DNA of 60,000 nt from Felis catus. Lineage: Eukaryota. Shown in pieces: positions 22,249-35,044 of the stretch; positions within the stretch are counted from its first letter, which is position 1; every line of letters begins with the position of its first letter. The notes below the pieces were generated by a model. It worked only from the letters and a program-made list of their open reading frames with translations, ran no database searches and was not told where the DNA came from. A program made the translations under genes and the position numbers. The stretch covers positions 15,440,001 to 15,500,000 of the forward strand of contig NC_058369.1 of the NCBI RefSeq assembly GCF_018350175.1, written 5' to 3'.

Positions 22249-23647
22249 ATGGATAAGTACGGCGACCTGGGCCTGGAGGCCAGCAAATTCATTGAGGACC
22301 TGAACATGTACGAGGCCTCCAAGGATGGACTCTTCCGAGTGGACAAGGGGGCAGGCAACAACCCTGAGTTTGAGGAAACGCGCAGGGTGTTTGCCACCAA
22401 GATGGCCAAGATCCACCGCCAGCAGCAGCAACAGCTTCTGCAGGAGGAGACCTTGCCCAGGGGGGGCAGAGGTCCGGTCAACGGCGGGGGACCCCCAGGC
22501 CCACAGGTCCGACGGGATGCCGCTGTGGGCCACAAGCTGACCCCGGATGGTGCTACCAAGCCCCCTCTCGCTGCCTCGACAGCGGGTCCTGGGACGGCCA
22601 CCGCCGTCGCCTCTGGGCAGCCCTTGTATCCACCCCAGGACCAGAGGGCCAGGCCGTATGTCCGCAGCGGAAGCCACGGCAGCCAGGACTGTGGCTCCAG
22701 GGAGAGCCTGGCACGCTGGGAGGTGTCTGCTTTCCGCCAGCCCGGCCCCTGCGAGGATCCTTCCTGCCTCACCCACGGAGACTATTATGACAACCTCTCT
22801 TTGGCGAGCCCAAAGTGGGCTGATGAACCGGGAGTGTCCCCCAGCATCAGGGTGGGCGTCGGGAGTGGGTGGCCTGGCACCCCAGGGACTACTGAAGCAC
22901 CACTGTCCAAACCCTCTGGGGACCATCCCCTGTACCAGCCTCAGCTGGCCCCAAGCTCCAGCCAGTCGTCAGAGATCGGCCAGGATGGCGGTGTTGGTGG
23001 CCGCGGCTGTGAGAAGCCAGCCGGGCTTTGGACTACCGCCTCTTCCCAGCGGGTGAGCCCCGGCCTTTCTTCCCCTGGCCCGGAGAACGGGGCCCTCAGG
23101 GGGCCCACTCAGCCCAGGACCCCTTCTTTCTTGGCACCCTTGGCCCAGAGCTGCCCCAGCCAAGGAGCTCTTCCCAGAACAAACTTGGGCGTGGGGAGCG
23201 AGGTATCGGGCACCACGCCCAAACCCACTGTGGACCCTCAAGCCTGGTTCCAAGATGGACCCAAGTCTTACCTTTCTAGTTCCGCCCCAACAACCTCACT
23301 AGCCAGCGCGGACGGTTTGCCGTCGGGTGCGGCCCCTGGACTGGGTCCCAAGCCTGTCTGCACAGACCCTGGCATTGGTCCCAAGCTCAGCCCCACCAGC
23401 CTTGTCCATCCGGTGATGTCCACCCCGCCTGAGTTATCTTGTAAAGAAGGCCCCTCCGGCTGGTCATCTGATGGCAGCCTGGGGCCTGGGCTCCGGGAGA
23501 GCCCCAGTCCCCCCAGGGTGAAGCTGCCCTGCCAGACCCTCATCCCGGGCCCCGAGCTTGGGCCCTCAGCCGCCGAACTGAAATTAGAAGCCCTCACTCA
23601 GCGTCTGGAGCGTGAGATGGATGGTCACCCGAAGGCCGATTACTTTG
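22249..23647 (+). CDS. LIMD1: LIM domain-containing protein 1, first coding exon (N-terminal Pro/Ser/Gly-rich pre-LIM region, 466 codons + 1 nt)
   Basis: Translation begins MDKYGDLGLEASKFIEDLNMYEASKDGLFRVDKGAGNNPEFEETRRVFATKMAKIH, matching the mammalian LIMD1 N-terminus, and ends SAAELKLEALTQRLEREMDGHPKADYF(G). Strong Kozak context gacATGg, in-frame TAG at 22225-22227, and donor TTTG|GTGAGT at 23647/23648 (phase 1). Confidence 0.97.
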
Positions 23648-24139
23648 GTGAGTGAGAGATCGGTGGCATTGCCCACCGTGGGTGATAAGGTCCCTGCGTT
23701 TGGGGGAGGGGCTCCCTGTCGGGGATGCCGTCGCTCTCCTTGAGTGGCACTCTTTTTTGGGGGGGGGGTGGCTTCCTCTCTCAGCTGCATCTCCTGATTC
23801 AGAAACTTGAAAGCATCCCTGAACAGAAAGCGGATCTTGCAGCTGAGGCATTACGCACGTGCAAAAGGCGAAGCGGGGTGGGGTTGCCCACGACCGCTCT
23901 CAAAAAAGGGAAATGCCGGGACGTCGGATTTCAGGGGTTCTGGGTGCGCCCTCAGAGCCTCTTGGCAGTGACTGGCTCATGCAGGACTTGAATGGACAAG
24001 CGTCTGGGGGCCGGTGCTTCTGGGCCAGGCTGGTCTGGCTATTTGAAGACCAGTGGTTGGGCAGGGGCTCTCTCTGGCCGTGTGTGTGTGTGTGTGTGCA
24101 CGCACACAGTTGCACTACTAACACAGAAGACTGTTCTCG

Positions 24140-24300
24140 AGCCGTGGTTCTCAAAGTGTAGTCCCCGGACCAGCCGGACCCCTTCACTTGGGGACTGGTT
24201 AGAAATGCAAACGATACAGGGCCCCACCCCACACCTGCTGAAACTTGGAGGGGGGACGGGGCGTGGGGGAGAAGGGGCCGGACACCTGTGCGCTAGGTGT
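24140..24300. mobile_element. MER5A-like element, preceded by (TG)n at ~24079-24098
   Basis: gtggttctcaaagtgtagtccccggaccagc...gttagaaatgcaaa...gggccccacccca. Confidence 0.75.
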
Positions 24301-25039
24301 CTCCTAACTCAGCCCCCACCCGAGGTTCCAGCCCCGCAGCCAGGCGACATCCACAGCCACGGCGCCCAGTGGGGTGGAAGACGCTCCTTACCGGTTTTTA
24401 CTCACAGTTTCTGGTTTTGTTTTATTCTCTTTTTGGAATCTCAAACTCTCGGAGACTGCGGGCTTCAGCCTTTTCTTTTTCTCTGTGCAGGGCTTGGAGG
24501 CAGCCGTCTTGCCCTGTGGGGTAACGACGTCGTGGTCTCATGGGAGAACTAACTAGAAAGCCTGTTTTTAGAAGAGTCCGAGGGTTGTTTTTGTCTTTTT
24601 TTTTTCTTCCGTTTTTGAGCTCTGAATAATTGGGGTCTTGATTTCCCCACCTGAGGGCTGAGAGCCTTGGGAAGCTGAGTCCCGTGAGGGTGGCCGCTGT
24701 GCCCCACGGAGGAGGGCAGGGCACTGGGAAAGGCCTACCTGTTTTTAGCCTGCCCTGTTCTCCGTGAATGACCGGCTCTGGCCTAGGGTGCCTGGAGGGA
24801 CGGGGTCCCAGGGGCCCATGGGTGCACTGTGCTCCTTATCCTCCTGAAGGCTCATGGGACCAGCTCTCATGACACAGTGGGCGCTCGGAAACTGGGGTGA
24901 CTTCTTTGGTTTATGTTTCAGAGCGCATGGCACTGTCTTACTGCTCTGTCTTTTCCTTTGCAGATTCCCCCCTTGGGGAATAATACTTAGCCGGAAACAC
25001 TGGGTTTTAAATGTAAACTTATGCTTAATTAAAAAAAAA

Positions 25040-25232
25040 ATTGTTTTTAATCTTTATTTTTGGGAGAGGGAGAGAGACAGAGCGGGAGAGAGAGAGGGAG
25101 ACACAGAATCCGAAGCAGGCTCCGGGCTCTGAGCTGTCAGCACAGAGCCCGACGTGGGGCTCGAACTCACCAATGCAAGATCATGACCTGAGCTGAAGTC
25201 GGATGCTCAACCGACTGAGCCATCCAGGCACC
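25040..25232 (-). mobile_element. Can-SINE
   Basis: Reverse copy. Confidence 0.9.
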
Positions 25233-25344
25233 TCGCTTAGGTTTAATTTTTATTTTCAAGGTCGTTAGACAACAAAACAGCAGTTTTATTTTGTCAGGGA
25301 GGCAGGCTTACACACCGGATCGGGATCAAGGTATTCGCTAACAC

Positions 25345-25900
25345 CAGTCATTCAACATGTATTTACTGATCACCTGCCTTGGGACGTGCTCTGTTCGAGG
25401 CCTTGGCCTGCATAGTGAACAGGACAGACGGTGCAGTGGAAGGAGACAGGAGATGGACCAAATAAGTAATCAAGCCCTGGGGAGAGACAGGGGTGGAGGA
25501 GGAGATGGAACCCCGGGGCGGGTGTTGGCAGGGCGGTTTCCGGTTTTAACTCAGGGGGTCAAGGAACGCCCCATCAGGAAGGTGGCATTTGAGGAAAGGC
25601 CTGAAGGAGCAGCATTTGTCCCAGGAAAGGGCGTTCTCGGTGGGCAGATGGCAGGGGCAAAGGCCCTGGGGCCAGTCTGTGCTGCGCCCTGTGCTGGACG
25701 CTTACCTTCTACCATTTTATTTACTGGTTGAAAGCACCCAGGGAAGCAGGTTCTGTCATTATGCCTCTCGCCAACTAGGACGGTAAAGCCCAGGGAAGTT
25801 AGATTACTTAACCGAGGCCTCCCGGGTGACGCCGGGTGGGGCTGGCAGTTGAGCCCTGCGGTTCGGCCGTGATGCCCATGCCTCTAACCAGCGTGGCCAA
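25345..25900 (-). mobile_element. L2 3' fragment followed by a MIR fragment
   Basis: tcattcaacatgtatttactgatcacct...agtgaacaggacagac...aggtggcatttgag; then tgagccctgcggttcggc...gcccatgcctctaacca. Confidence 0.65.
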
Positions 25901-26035
25901 GCTGCCTCCCAAGCACAGATGCGGAAAACTGTTTTATGTCAGTACTTATTTACTCGTCTGCCCTTGTTTCTGTTTTTGTTTTTAAATTGCGGCAAATGTC
26001 ACCGTAAAATTAACCATTTTAAAGTACACGGTTCA

Positions 26036-26269
26036 GGGGCGCCTGGGTGGCTTAGTCGGTTAAGTGTCCGACTTCAGCTCAGGTCACGATCTCGCGATCT
26101 CGCGGTCCGTGAGTTCGAGCCCCGCGTCGGGCTCTGGGCTGATGGCTCAGAGCCTGGAGCCTGCTTCCGATTCTGTGTCTCCCTCTCTCTCTGCCCCTCC
26201 CCCGTTCATGCTCTGTCTCTCTCTCTGTCTCAAAAATAAATAAACGTTAAAAAAATTTTTTTAAAAAAT
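26036..26269 (+). mobile_element. Young Can-SINE
   Basis: Perfect TSD aaagtacacggttca; internal cgatctcg duplication. Confidence 0.95.
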
Positions 26270-26610
26270 AAAGTACACGGTTCAGCAGCATTTGGTACAT
26301 TCACGGCGTTTTCCAAACACCAACTCAGTTTTCAAAACCTTTTTGTCACCCCGAAAGGACACCCCATCCCCCCACGAAGCAATTAATTGCTCCTCACTCT
26401 CTGCCCCTCCCAGCCCCCGGCAACCGCCAATATGCGTCCTGTGTCTATGGGTTTACCTATCCTGGATCATTCACATAAGCGGGATCGTAGTTTCCTTTTG
26501 GACGAAGCGTCACATTTGTGTGTAGGAAATTCAAAAGGCACAAAAACACGCACAGTGAAAAATTTGTATGCTTCCTACCTGGGCTTCTGGTTGAGCGTCC
26601 TGGGTGTAAT

Positions 26611-26612
<2 letters not shown>

Positions 26613-26655
<43 letters not shown>
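26613..26655. repeat. (GT)n microsatellite, ~21 units
   Basis: Direct inspection. Confidence 0.96.
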
Positions 26656-26657
<2 letters not shown>

Positions 26658-27260
26658 CCATGGTGCTCCGTGCTGTCCGTCTGCTCTCTGTCTTTGCCAC
26701 TGAAATCGTGCATCTTGGCAGCTGTCATACATCGGCACGTGTGGAGTTGGCTCAGCATCACCACTGTAGAGACGTGCCCCGGGTCACGTAAACGGTCCCC
26801 TCTGGTGGCGTGTGAGACGGGCCCGTGTGTAGGACGCAGGCCCAGCTTTGGGATAAACTCCCCGGGGGGTGGGGTTGCAGGGCTGGGGCCTTGGGCCCTT
26901 TCTGTGTTGCCTCGCTGCTGTCTGCAGAGATTGCGCGGGGACCACAGTGTCCCCCACCCGGGGGGAGGGGCCCCGCACTTGCTTTGACAACTGGGGTGCC
27001 ACTCGCTCTTCCGTGACCAGCCGTGTGGCCGAGGAGGAAGTCTCTCACCGGAGCCTCTGGCGGTCAGTTCTTGGTCCAGCCCTGCCACGTGACCTTGAAC
27101 AAACCCGGTTCCCTCCCAGGCCTCACCGCTTCATCCGTGGCGCGAAGTGTGTGGACCAGCTGAGGGGCTCACCACACGGATGCCTCCCCTTCCTTAGATC
27201 TGGCGTTATTTGGAAGATTGTGTCTGCCCCACATGCGGCATTTCTTACATTACGATGCAC

Positions 27261-27489
27261 TTTTTTTTTTTTTTTAATTTTTTTTTCAACGTTTATTTAT
27301 TTTTCGGACAGAGAGAGACAGAGCATGAACAGGGGAGGGGCAGAGAGAGAGGGAGACACAGAATCGGAAACAGGCTCCAGGCTCCGAGCCATCAGCCCAG
27401 AGCCCGACGCGGGGCTCGAACTCCCGGACCGCGAGATCGTGACCTGGCTGAAGTTGGACGCGTAACCGACTGCGCCACCCAGGCGCCCC
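27261..27489 (-). mobile_element. Young felid Can-SINE
   Basis: Perfect TSD attacgatgcactttt. Confidence 0.96.
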
Positions 27490-29132
27490 GATTACGATGC
27501 ACTTTTATTTGCAAATAGAAGAATATCTTTCGAGACAGGGCTCTCGCCAGAGACTCAGGGTAATGTAACCATTACCATCAGAGTGGATGTGGTTCCAGCC
27601 GGAAGCCAAGCAAAGTAGATGTTTGGGTTGGTTACTTAGGCCGTTTCCTGGGTCTCACAAAGGCGTCCCTTTGGGCGTTTACACTGTGGGAAGGGCTCGT
27701 GAATCCCTGCTGTTGCCTTTGAGAACACGTAGGTCTGAAGACACCTCAGTTTCCAGCAATTGGTCAACTCCTCTCCAAGGACGCTTCTGGCACTTTCCTT
27801 GGCCGTCTTTGTGGGCTGGGTACGACGTGGTCGTAGCCACCGCTTCACCCTGCTCTTTCTTCTGTGTTCCCCGGTGGCCCCTTTGTGTCTTTCCGTCCGT
27901 GCGGAGAGAGGCAAGGACGGACGGACTCTCGACGCTGCTTGGAGAGTGTTAGTGGTTCGCCCGGTGCAGTGTGGCTCCTGTTTAACACCACTGTTTATAC
28001 GGCAGAGGAAGAGAAGAGGTCACCGTCCCTTTTGTTGGCTCTTCCTGGCCTCTTCCTCCATGGTATCCACTGTCTTCCTCACACTGGTTCCCTCCCCACT
28101 TCCCAAGGAAAAAGGGTACAGATAAGCCACCTGTCACAGCCTGGGTTTCCCAGGAAGCTGACTCAGACAGTTTAGAGGACAGGGGGCTCCCCAGGGGGTG
28201 CCCTTGGAAGGAGGGGAAGGACGCAGGCGTGGGTAGAGGGGGGCTTCAGCTGCAGTGCGGGCCTGACAGGCCTGGGCCCACCCCGCAGGGAGCTCGGGAG
28301 CTGGAGAAGCCCTTCAGAGCTGTCCCGAGTTGGGGCAAGATCGCCAGGCCTTCACGCTCCCCCGTAGATCAGTCATCCATGGTGGGCCGCCCTGGGAAGC
28401 ACTTGACCTTGGGCGAGGCGGCCCCTTGTGGCTGGGACAGAGCCCGAGGGGAGGACAGGCGAGGCCTCCCTCCGGCTGCACCCCCGGCAGCCAGGCCACA
28501 GCCCCTTCGGTGAAGGGGGATCTGGGCAGCCCATCAAAGGGGCCACCGCAGCCCCCGGCATCAGGCAGACCAGACCCCTTTTACAGTGACCTTTGGGCCC
28601 CGTGGGTCTAATCCTACTGACCGTCCGTCGAGTGCCTGTGACGCGGCTGGCGTTGGGTATGCGCTCTGTGTTGACTTTCACAGACGCCGGTAGTCTCTGT
28701 TCGCAGTTGGGAAACTGAGGCTCGGGACTTGCTCAGGACCACACAGGCGTCAGTGGTGGTGCTTCCACCCCATTTGGGCTCTGACGGCTCCTCTGGTGGG
28801 ACCGGGCCGTCTCTTAGCTCTGTGTTCGTCGGCCCCTCCAGATTCACTCCCCACCCAGCTGCTGCGGGAGCATCAGTAGCACCCCCCACCCCTGCCGCCA
28901 TGCTTTCCCTCCCGGTGGTGGGTCTGGGGGTCAGAGAGAAGCCCATTGAAGCCCTGCAGGGGAAGGGGCTCTGCCAGACTCGGTCAGGCACCAGGGGCTG
29001 CAGAGGCAAGAAGAGGATCGTGGTAGGGTCTCCAACACCCAGTGAATGGATGGAGCCCCCCTGCCCTGCCCCGCATGGACACAGAGAAGAGGCCGGCTCT
29101 GCCCTGAGTTTTCCAGTCTCCCCTGGACCCTC

Positions 29133-29343
29133 CTTTTCTTTTTTTATTGTTTTTTTTTTTAACGTTTATTTATTTTTGAGAGACAGAGAGCAGGAGCGGG
29201 GGAAGGAGACACGGAATCCGAAGCAGGCTCCAGGCTCCGAGCTGTCAGCACAGAGCCCAACGCGGGTCTTGAACTCATGAGCTGTGAGATCATGACCTGA
29301 GCCGAAGTCGGCCGCTCAACCGACTGAGCCACCCAGGCGTCCC
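29133..29343 (-). mobile_element. Can-SINE
   Basis: Reverse copy. Confidence 0.9.
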
Positions 29344-29494
29344 ATCCCGTGGGCCTTCCTGACACAGAGGCCGACCCGCCTTTGCCCAGGAGCCTATAAC
29401 CAGCCTACAACCTCCTCCCGAGAATGGCCCTGCCTGCGTGCCTGGTCTTTAGTAGACCAGGTAGCCTCCTCAAAATCAGGAAGGCACGTGTATT

Positions 29495-29557
29495 TTGAAA
29501 AAAATGTTTACTTATTTATTTTGAGGGAGAGAGAGAGAGCATGAGCAAGGTAGGGGC

Positions 29558-29591
<34 letters not shown>

Positions 29592-29700
29592 GATCCTTAG
29601 CAGGCTCCGACGTGGGGCTCGAACCCACGAACCTTGAGATCACGACCTGAGCCGAAATCAGGAGTCGGATACTTAACGGACTGAGCCTCCCAGGCGCCCC
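29495..29700 (-). mobile_element. Can-SINE with internal deletion
   Basis: TSD-like aggaaggcacgtgt / aggaaggcatatgt. Confidence 0.88.
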
Positions 29701-30205
29701 AGGAAGGCATATGTTTTGTAGCTTTTTATGAACGTGTAGTATACACATAGGGTAGGTGCCCACAAAGTGAACGCACCCGCGTGAGCACCCGCGTGACAAG
29801 ATCGAGGCAAGAACGTGAGTGGCGGTGACAGCACACGGCTTGCACTGTAGCCATTGGGCCCACACTCAGGCCCTCCCCTGCCGTACTGTGCTCACCAGCC
29901 CCATCACACCGGCCTCGCTGCTGGTCCCCAAGCTCCTGGAACTCCTCCGTCACAGGGTCCCTGTCCTCAGGGACTTCCCCAGCCGGCGCCCTTGTGGCAC
30001 ACAGAGCCGCCTGCCCCTGTGACCCTACTCAGGGAGGGGGTCTCCAGCTGAGCCCTGATGAACCCTGACGAGCCCTGACCTCGGTTTCCCACAGCGTGTG
30101 CCGTGACCCTCTGCGGTCCTCCCTCTTTGGGATAGTATGTTTCTCCTCTATTCCTCTGTGGCCAGGAAGGAATGTCTTGTTTTTTCCATTAATAGTTGAC
30201 AGCAT

Positions 30206-30433
30206 GGGAGCACTTGGGTGGCTCAGTCGGTTGAGCGTCCAACTTCGGCTCAGGTCGTGATCTCGCGGTCCGTGAGTTCGAGCCCCGCGTCGGGCTCTGT
30301 GCTGACAACTGGGAGCCCGGAGCCCGCTTCGGATTCTGTGTCTCCCTCTCTCTCTCTGCCCCCTCCCTGGCTCTCTCTCTCTCTCTCTTTCAAAAATAAA
30401 CATTAAAAAAAAAAAAAAACTTAAAAAAAAAAA
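30206..30433 (+). mobile_element. Can-SINE
   Basis: Forward copy; acagcatg on both flanks. Confidence 0.92.
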
Positions 30434-31689
30434 CGAATCCACAGCATGAAATGGACCTTACGATGTGGCACTTCTTGCCGGAGTGTTTTGGTTTTTTTTT
30501 AAAGTTACATTTCTTTATGTTTTTTGGCTTATGACTCCCACCCCAGGACGCAGAACTGGGCAAGAAAGGCCCAATTTGGGGAGTGAGGAAAGCGGGCGTC
30601 CCGCGCCTGATTTACCAGTGGCCCCGGGTGGGACACCGGACACGCCGCTCTCCCTCAGCGCGGAGACAAAGCTGACCTCGGAGGGCTCGTCCCGGCCCGA
30701 AGGGCTGTGGCTGTGGCTTTGGGGACCCTCGGGTGCCTGGATTTTAGCGGACCGAGTAACCGGGCACAGCACTGTCAGCGGTGGTGGGAGCCCGGCCAGC
30801 CTGGCGTGCCGCGCCCCGTCCGGGCCTCTGGGGAAGCAGAGCGCTTCCGTGTCTTAAGTTACGCTTGCGTTTGCTACGGCGAATGGTAATCGTTTTCGTT
30901 TTAGGGGATCTGGAAAATACATCCAGTGGAAACGGGAACCATAAATCCCTGCCATGCCGGCCACCCTTGGAATAATCGGCGTTACAATTTTCTGCAGAGG
31001 TTCCGGTGCACGGTCGTGGCTAGAGCCCGCTGCGATTCGGGGCGCGTCACGTGCTGTCATTCTCGGCTCCTGGGCCGGACGCAGAAGCCTTCGCTCGGCT
31101 GGAGGTCCCTTTGCTCCGCAGAGTGCGTCTGAGGAGAGTGAGATTCGGAAGGAAAGGTCTCTAGGAGGGCGAGCCACTGGTGTCACACCGGTCGCCCCCC
31201 CTGAGGCCTTTTGAGGCTCTCACTCTAATTAAACTCGGGGTCCTCAACTTAGGGGGACAGTAAGTAGCACTGGCTGCGGGGTTCGCTGACCTTGTTTTTG
31301 CTGGCGTGGCCCAGGCCTCCTCCCTGGACTCCTGTGATGTCCTTGGTGGTGCTGGGTCATCGGACACTGGAGAGTGGCCTCAGGGCCCGGCACTGTCAGG
31401 GCCCCACAAAGTGGGTGCTCGGTGGCCGTCTGCTGGAGGAGTGGAGGGCCTTCCGCTGCGGTGTGAAGGGAGCAGGGAAGGGATTTGTAGCTGGGGTTAC
31501 GGCCCTGAGATGGTTTTGCTAAAGCGTATTGCCCTGTGCCAGGCACTTTTCCGTCATCTTACGTGCGTCGGCTTGTTCGACCCTTCCGATAACTGTATTT
31601 CACTAGCCCCGTTTTGTAGGTGGGCACACTGAGGTCAGGTACCCTGGTGAATACATTTGTTGAGGAGCGTGGCTGACGGAGGGCTGGTT

Positions 31690-31852
31690 CACCTGCTTCA
31701 GGTGAGCTCGAGCCCCACTTTGGGTGAGCCCTGCTTCCCTCTCTCTCTGTCTCTCTCTCTGTGCCTCTTTCTCTCTCCCTCTGCCTCTCCTGGGATTCTG
31801 TCTCTCTTTGCCCCTTGCTCACTTGCACCCCCCCTCAAAAAAAAAAAATAAA
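31690..31852 (+). mobile_element. Degenerate or truncated Can-SINE, after a MIR fragment at ~31520-31640
   Basis: gtgagctcgagccccac...(CT)-rich body...poly-A. Confidence 0.65.
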
Positions 31853-33439
31853 GAAAGAAGGATCAGTGTCAACCCCAGACTGTGTGTGATGCTTAGAAGC
31901 AAACGTTGGACGAAATGATGCTTCGGGCCCATCGGGCAAACTGAACAGAAACCTTTCCCGAAAACAAAGCAGGCCTCCAAAATTCCCAAGGCCCATCAAT
32001 GGCGGGGGTAGTACTTGCCAGCAAATATTTATATCTGCTTCAGGTTTTGTTTTTCACTTGTTGCCTCCCAGGGAAGCCAGTTGGACACGGAATGTCAGGG
32101 TCACGTTGGAAGGCTGGAGACTTTCTGCTCGAGTGTTTCAAAGGGAATACTTTAGGGTCCACAGCCGGGCTATTTTTAAGTTTTGAGAGCCATGAGTTTA
32201 GACTTGGCCAAGTTCCCTCCTCATCTTTCTTGGTCTGTGACTCAACTCTGCGCGTCCCAGGAGAGCGAGGACTGGTTACTCCCGGTTACTGGAAGTCTGT
32301 TGGGAGCATATCAGGGACCTTCATCTTTTCTCCCCCACGCACGTATCCGCAGCATATAAAAGGTTCTGGAAGCCTGCCCTGCCGCTGTCACTGGAGAGGA
32401 GGGGCCTCGAGTTCAGCGTGCGTCTGCCCTTCAGCCAACCCTGGGAAATGTAAAGACCCAGGTAATTTGAGGACGGGTGGCTGAGGCAGCCCGCTAATAA
32501 TGCAGGCCCTGAGTCTGGGGGCGCACACACATCCCAGCGGGCTTTGGCCCGGACAGCATGTGACGGTCATTTCGGCATGCACACGGTAGCACGCTTGCTT
32601 GCCTTTTGCTGACCAAAGTCCCTCTGACCATAAGAGCAGCCTCCCTGTTCTCTCGAGCCCCCCTTCCGGCAGGGTGGGACCAAGTTGTGGCCGTGTTTGC
32701 TCACACGATGGTCAGGGCTCGCCCGGGGCATCCGGGTGGAGCTCTCGCGTCTGCTGAAACATCGCCTGGCCCGTTCTCTCTCCCCCCTCTGTGGCTTGCA
32801 TCGCTTCCTGATGAGGCAGGGAGGTGGCGAATTTGGAAAGATGGGCTCAGGGGGCAGCCCCGCCGACCGCTGGCCACGGTGGACTCCAGGGCGTCTGCTG
32901 ACAGAGTCCCCATCACCGTCAATGTGCTGGCGGCCGGCCTGCCTGTGCCACTCACCGACGGTGCCAGTTTGGGCATCTGGCTTCTCGTTTTTTGCCCTCG
33001 GTTTCCTCACCTCATGGGGACTGGATGTCCTGTGCTCTATCATTCTGTTCCCCTCCCGGTGCCGCGAGCCAGTGATGGGTTCAGGGCTCTCGGCAGAGAA
33101 GCCCGGGATGGAGAGCGCGTGAAAAAAACGTGTGTGTGAGCGCACACTCCCTGGGCAGGCAACTCTTAGATTTGGCCCTGCCGGGTCCCTCCTTCAGGTC
33201 ACTGTCCCCAACCAGGGGGACCCTGAAATGCCCTTCTCCCACTAATAATGCTCTTAACTGACTTCACTCGTGAGATCAAAACCACATTCTTGGGGGAAAA
33301 ACACTTAAGCTCATGTAAAGTGGCACTTGAGAATAATAAGGAAGATGAGGAAGTAAAATCCAACACCGAATTAATGGTAAGATTCGAAGTACAAAACACA
33401 GGGCCTGGTGTGTAGAAGAATAAAAAGTTAAGATGTCTC

Positions 33440-33655
33440 GGGGGTGCCTGGGTGGCTCAGCCGGTGAAGCGTCCGACTTCGGCTCAGGTCATGATCTCGA
33501 GGTCTTGGGTGCGAGCCCTGCGTCGGGCTCTGTGCTGACAGCTCGGATCCTGGAGCCTGCTTCGGATTCTGTGTCTCCCTCTCTCTGCCCCTCGCTCACT
33601 CGCTCTCTCGCATGTTTTCTCAGTCTCTCTCTCTCTCTCAAAAATAAATAAAAAC
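33440..33655 (+). mobile_element. Can-SINE
   Basis: gttaagatgt on both flanks. Confidence 0.92.
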
Positions 33656-35044
33656 TTAGAGACGTTAAGATGTTTCAGTCACAAATCCACCGTTGGCTCA
33701 GCAGCAGTGGACTGGGAAACCGTGGAGGCCACAAGGCCATTGCTCTGTCCCCTTGTGCCCGGCGGCGGTTGTGACTCTCTGACAGCCGATCAGGGCAGAA
33801 GGCTGAGCTGCTCGGGCCGGGACTTGGGTGCGCCACGCGGCTGAACCTTGGAGGTGCTGAACCCCCGGTGTCTTCTAAACTTGGGAGACGCTCTGGACCT
33901 TGGGGTGGACTTGACACTTGGCCACGTTTTGAGGAGAAGGGAATTTCAGCCAGAGAGCACGAAACCGGGGTGAGTCTCTGGACCGCTCTTGCCTTAGCTT
34001 GGCCGGGTGGGGCTCTGGAGTCCTGAGGCTAGGGTTGTGGGCGTGACCCCCCAGCGACCGGGTCACTGGCTCTCCTGCTGGGTCCCCGGGGCTCTCGGGG
34101 CTGCCCCTCCCCCACCTCTGTCCGTCACCACATCCAGTTCCAGGCCCAGATGACATACTCCCTCCACGGTCATTAGGGAACACCGACTGTATACAGGAGG
34201 CGGAATTAGGATTTGCGGGGCTTGCTTTGTGCCCAGACCTGTTGCTTAGCTCCGCTTGCTGGGATGTGGGCTCCATGAGCGGGGGCGAGGGGCGTCCCTT
34301 CTGTTCGCCCTTGTGTGCCGGGACCCAGGGCAGTGGCTGGCACCCGGCAGGCGTGCGGCAAAGACTTGCTGAAATCAATGAATGAACACCGTGGCCAGCA
34401 GAGGGATGAGGAGAGTCCCCGACTCCCTCCCGAGTGCCGGCCCTTTGAGTGGGGACGTTCCTGCTGTGGTGCACGCACACCCCGGGGCCCCTCCACGCCC
34501 CACGTGCACATGCCGGGGCGCGCGTGGGAGGCAGGCACACCTCACCCTGACCCGGAGGCACCCGGACGAGGTGCCGCCCGGGTGGAAGATGCTCCGGGTA
34601 GCCCAGGACCGGAGTGGCCGGAAGAGGCTGGGATGCCGTGGTCCGGGTGGCAGAACTGCGGGGCCCAGAGTCCCGGGGAAGTTTGGACAGGAGCAGGGGG
34701 AGGTGCCGGCAGGCAGACGTGTGTGTTCTTATCTGAGAGGGCGTTCATCTTCTCCTGAAATCAGAATTTGCGGAACTGCTTGTGGCTCTCGATCGGCCCC
34801 GGGCCGACTCTTCGACGGCCTTTTGTGCCTCAGTTTCCCTGTCAGGAAAACGCGGGCATGGCTGGTGGGAAGACTAAATTAATTAACGTAGATCTGCACT
34901 GTCCAGCAGCTGGGAAGGACTTCAGAGTGTGCCGGTCCCCGTGAGATGTGCTCTAAGGGTGATATCTCCTCTGGGCCAGACTTGATATGGTGAAAAAAAT
35001 GTCAAACAGCTCATCAATATTTTTACATTAGTTCTGTGTTTAGT

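Larger units (their letters stand above)
25970..26780 (-). mobile_element. L1MB-like 3' fragment interrupted by a SINE and (GT)n
   Basis: taaccattttaaagtacac...ggtacattcac...ctcccagcccccggcaacc...tgtgtctatgggtttacctatcctgga. Confidence 0.75.

Noticed and set aside
22111..22926. 271-aa antisense ORF over LIMD1 exon 1
   Set aside because: It is a shadow ORF of a GC-rich coding exon with no independent evidence.
23648..23655. ORF-track C-terminus 'GE*' as the true end of a single-exon gene
   Set aside because: A canonical donor lies at 23648 and an in-frame LIM exon at 53906, so the main product is spliced.
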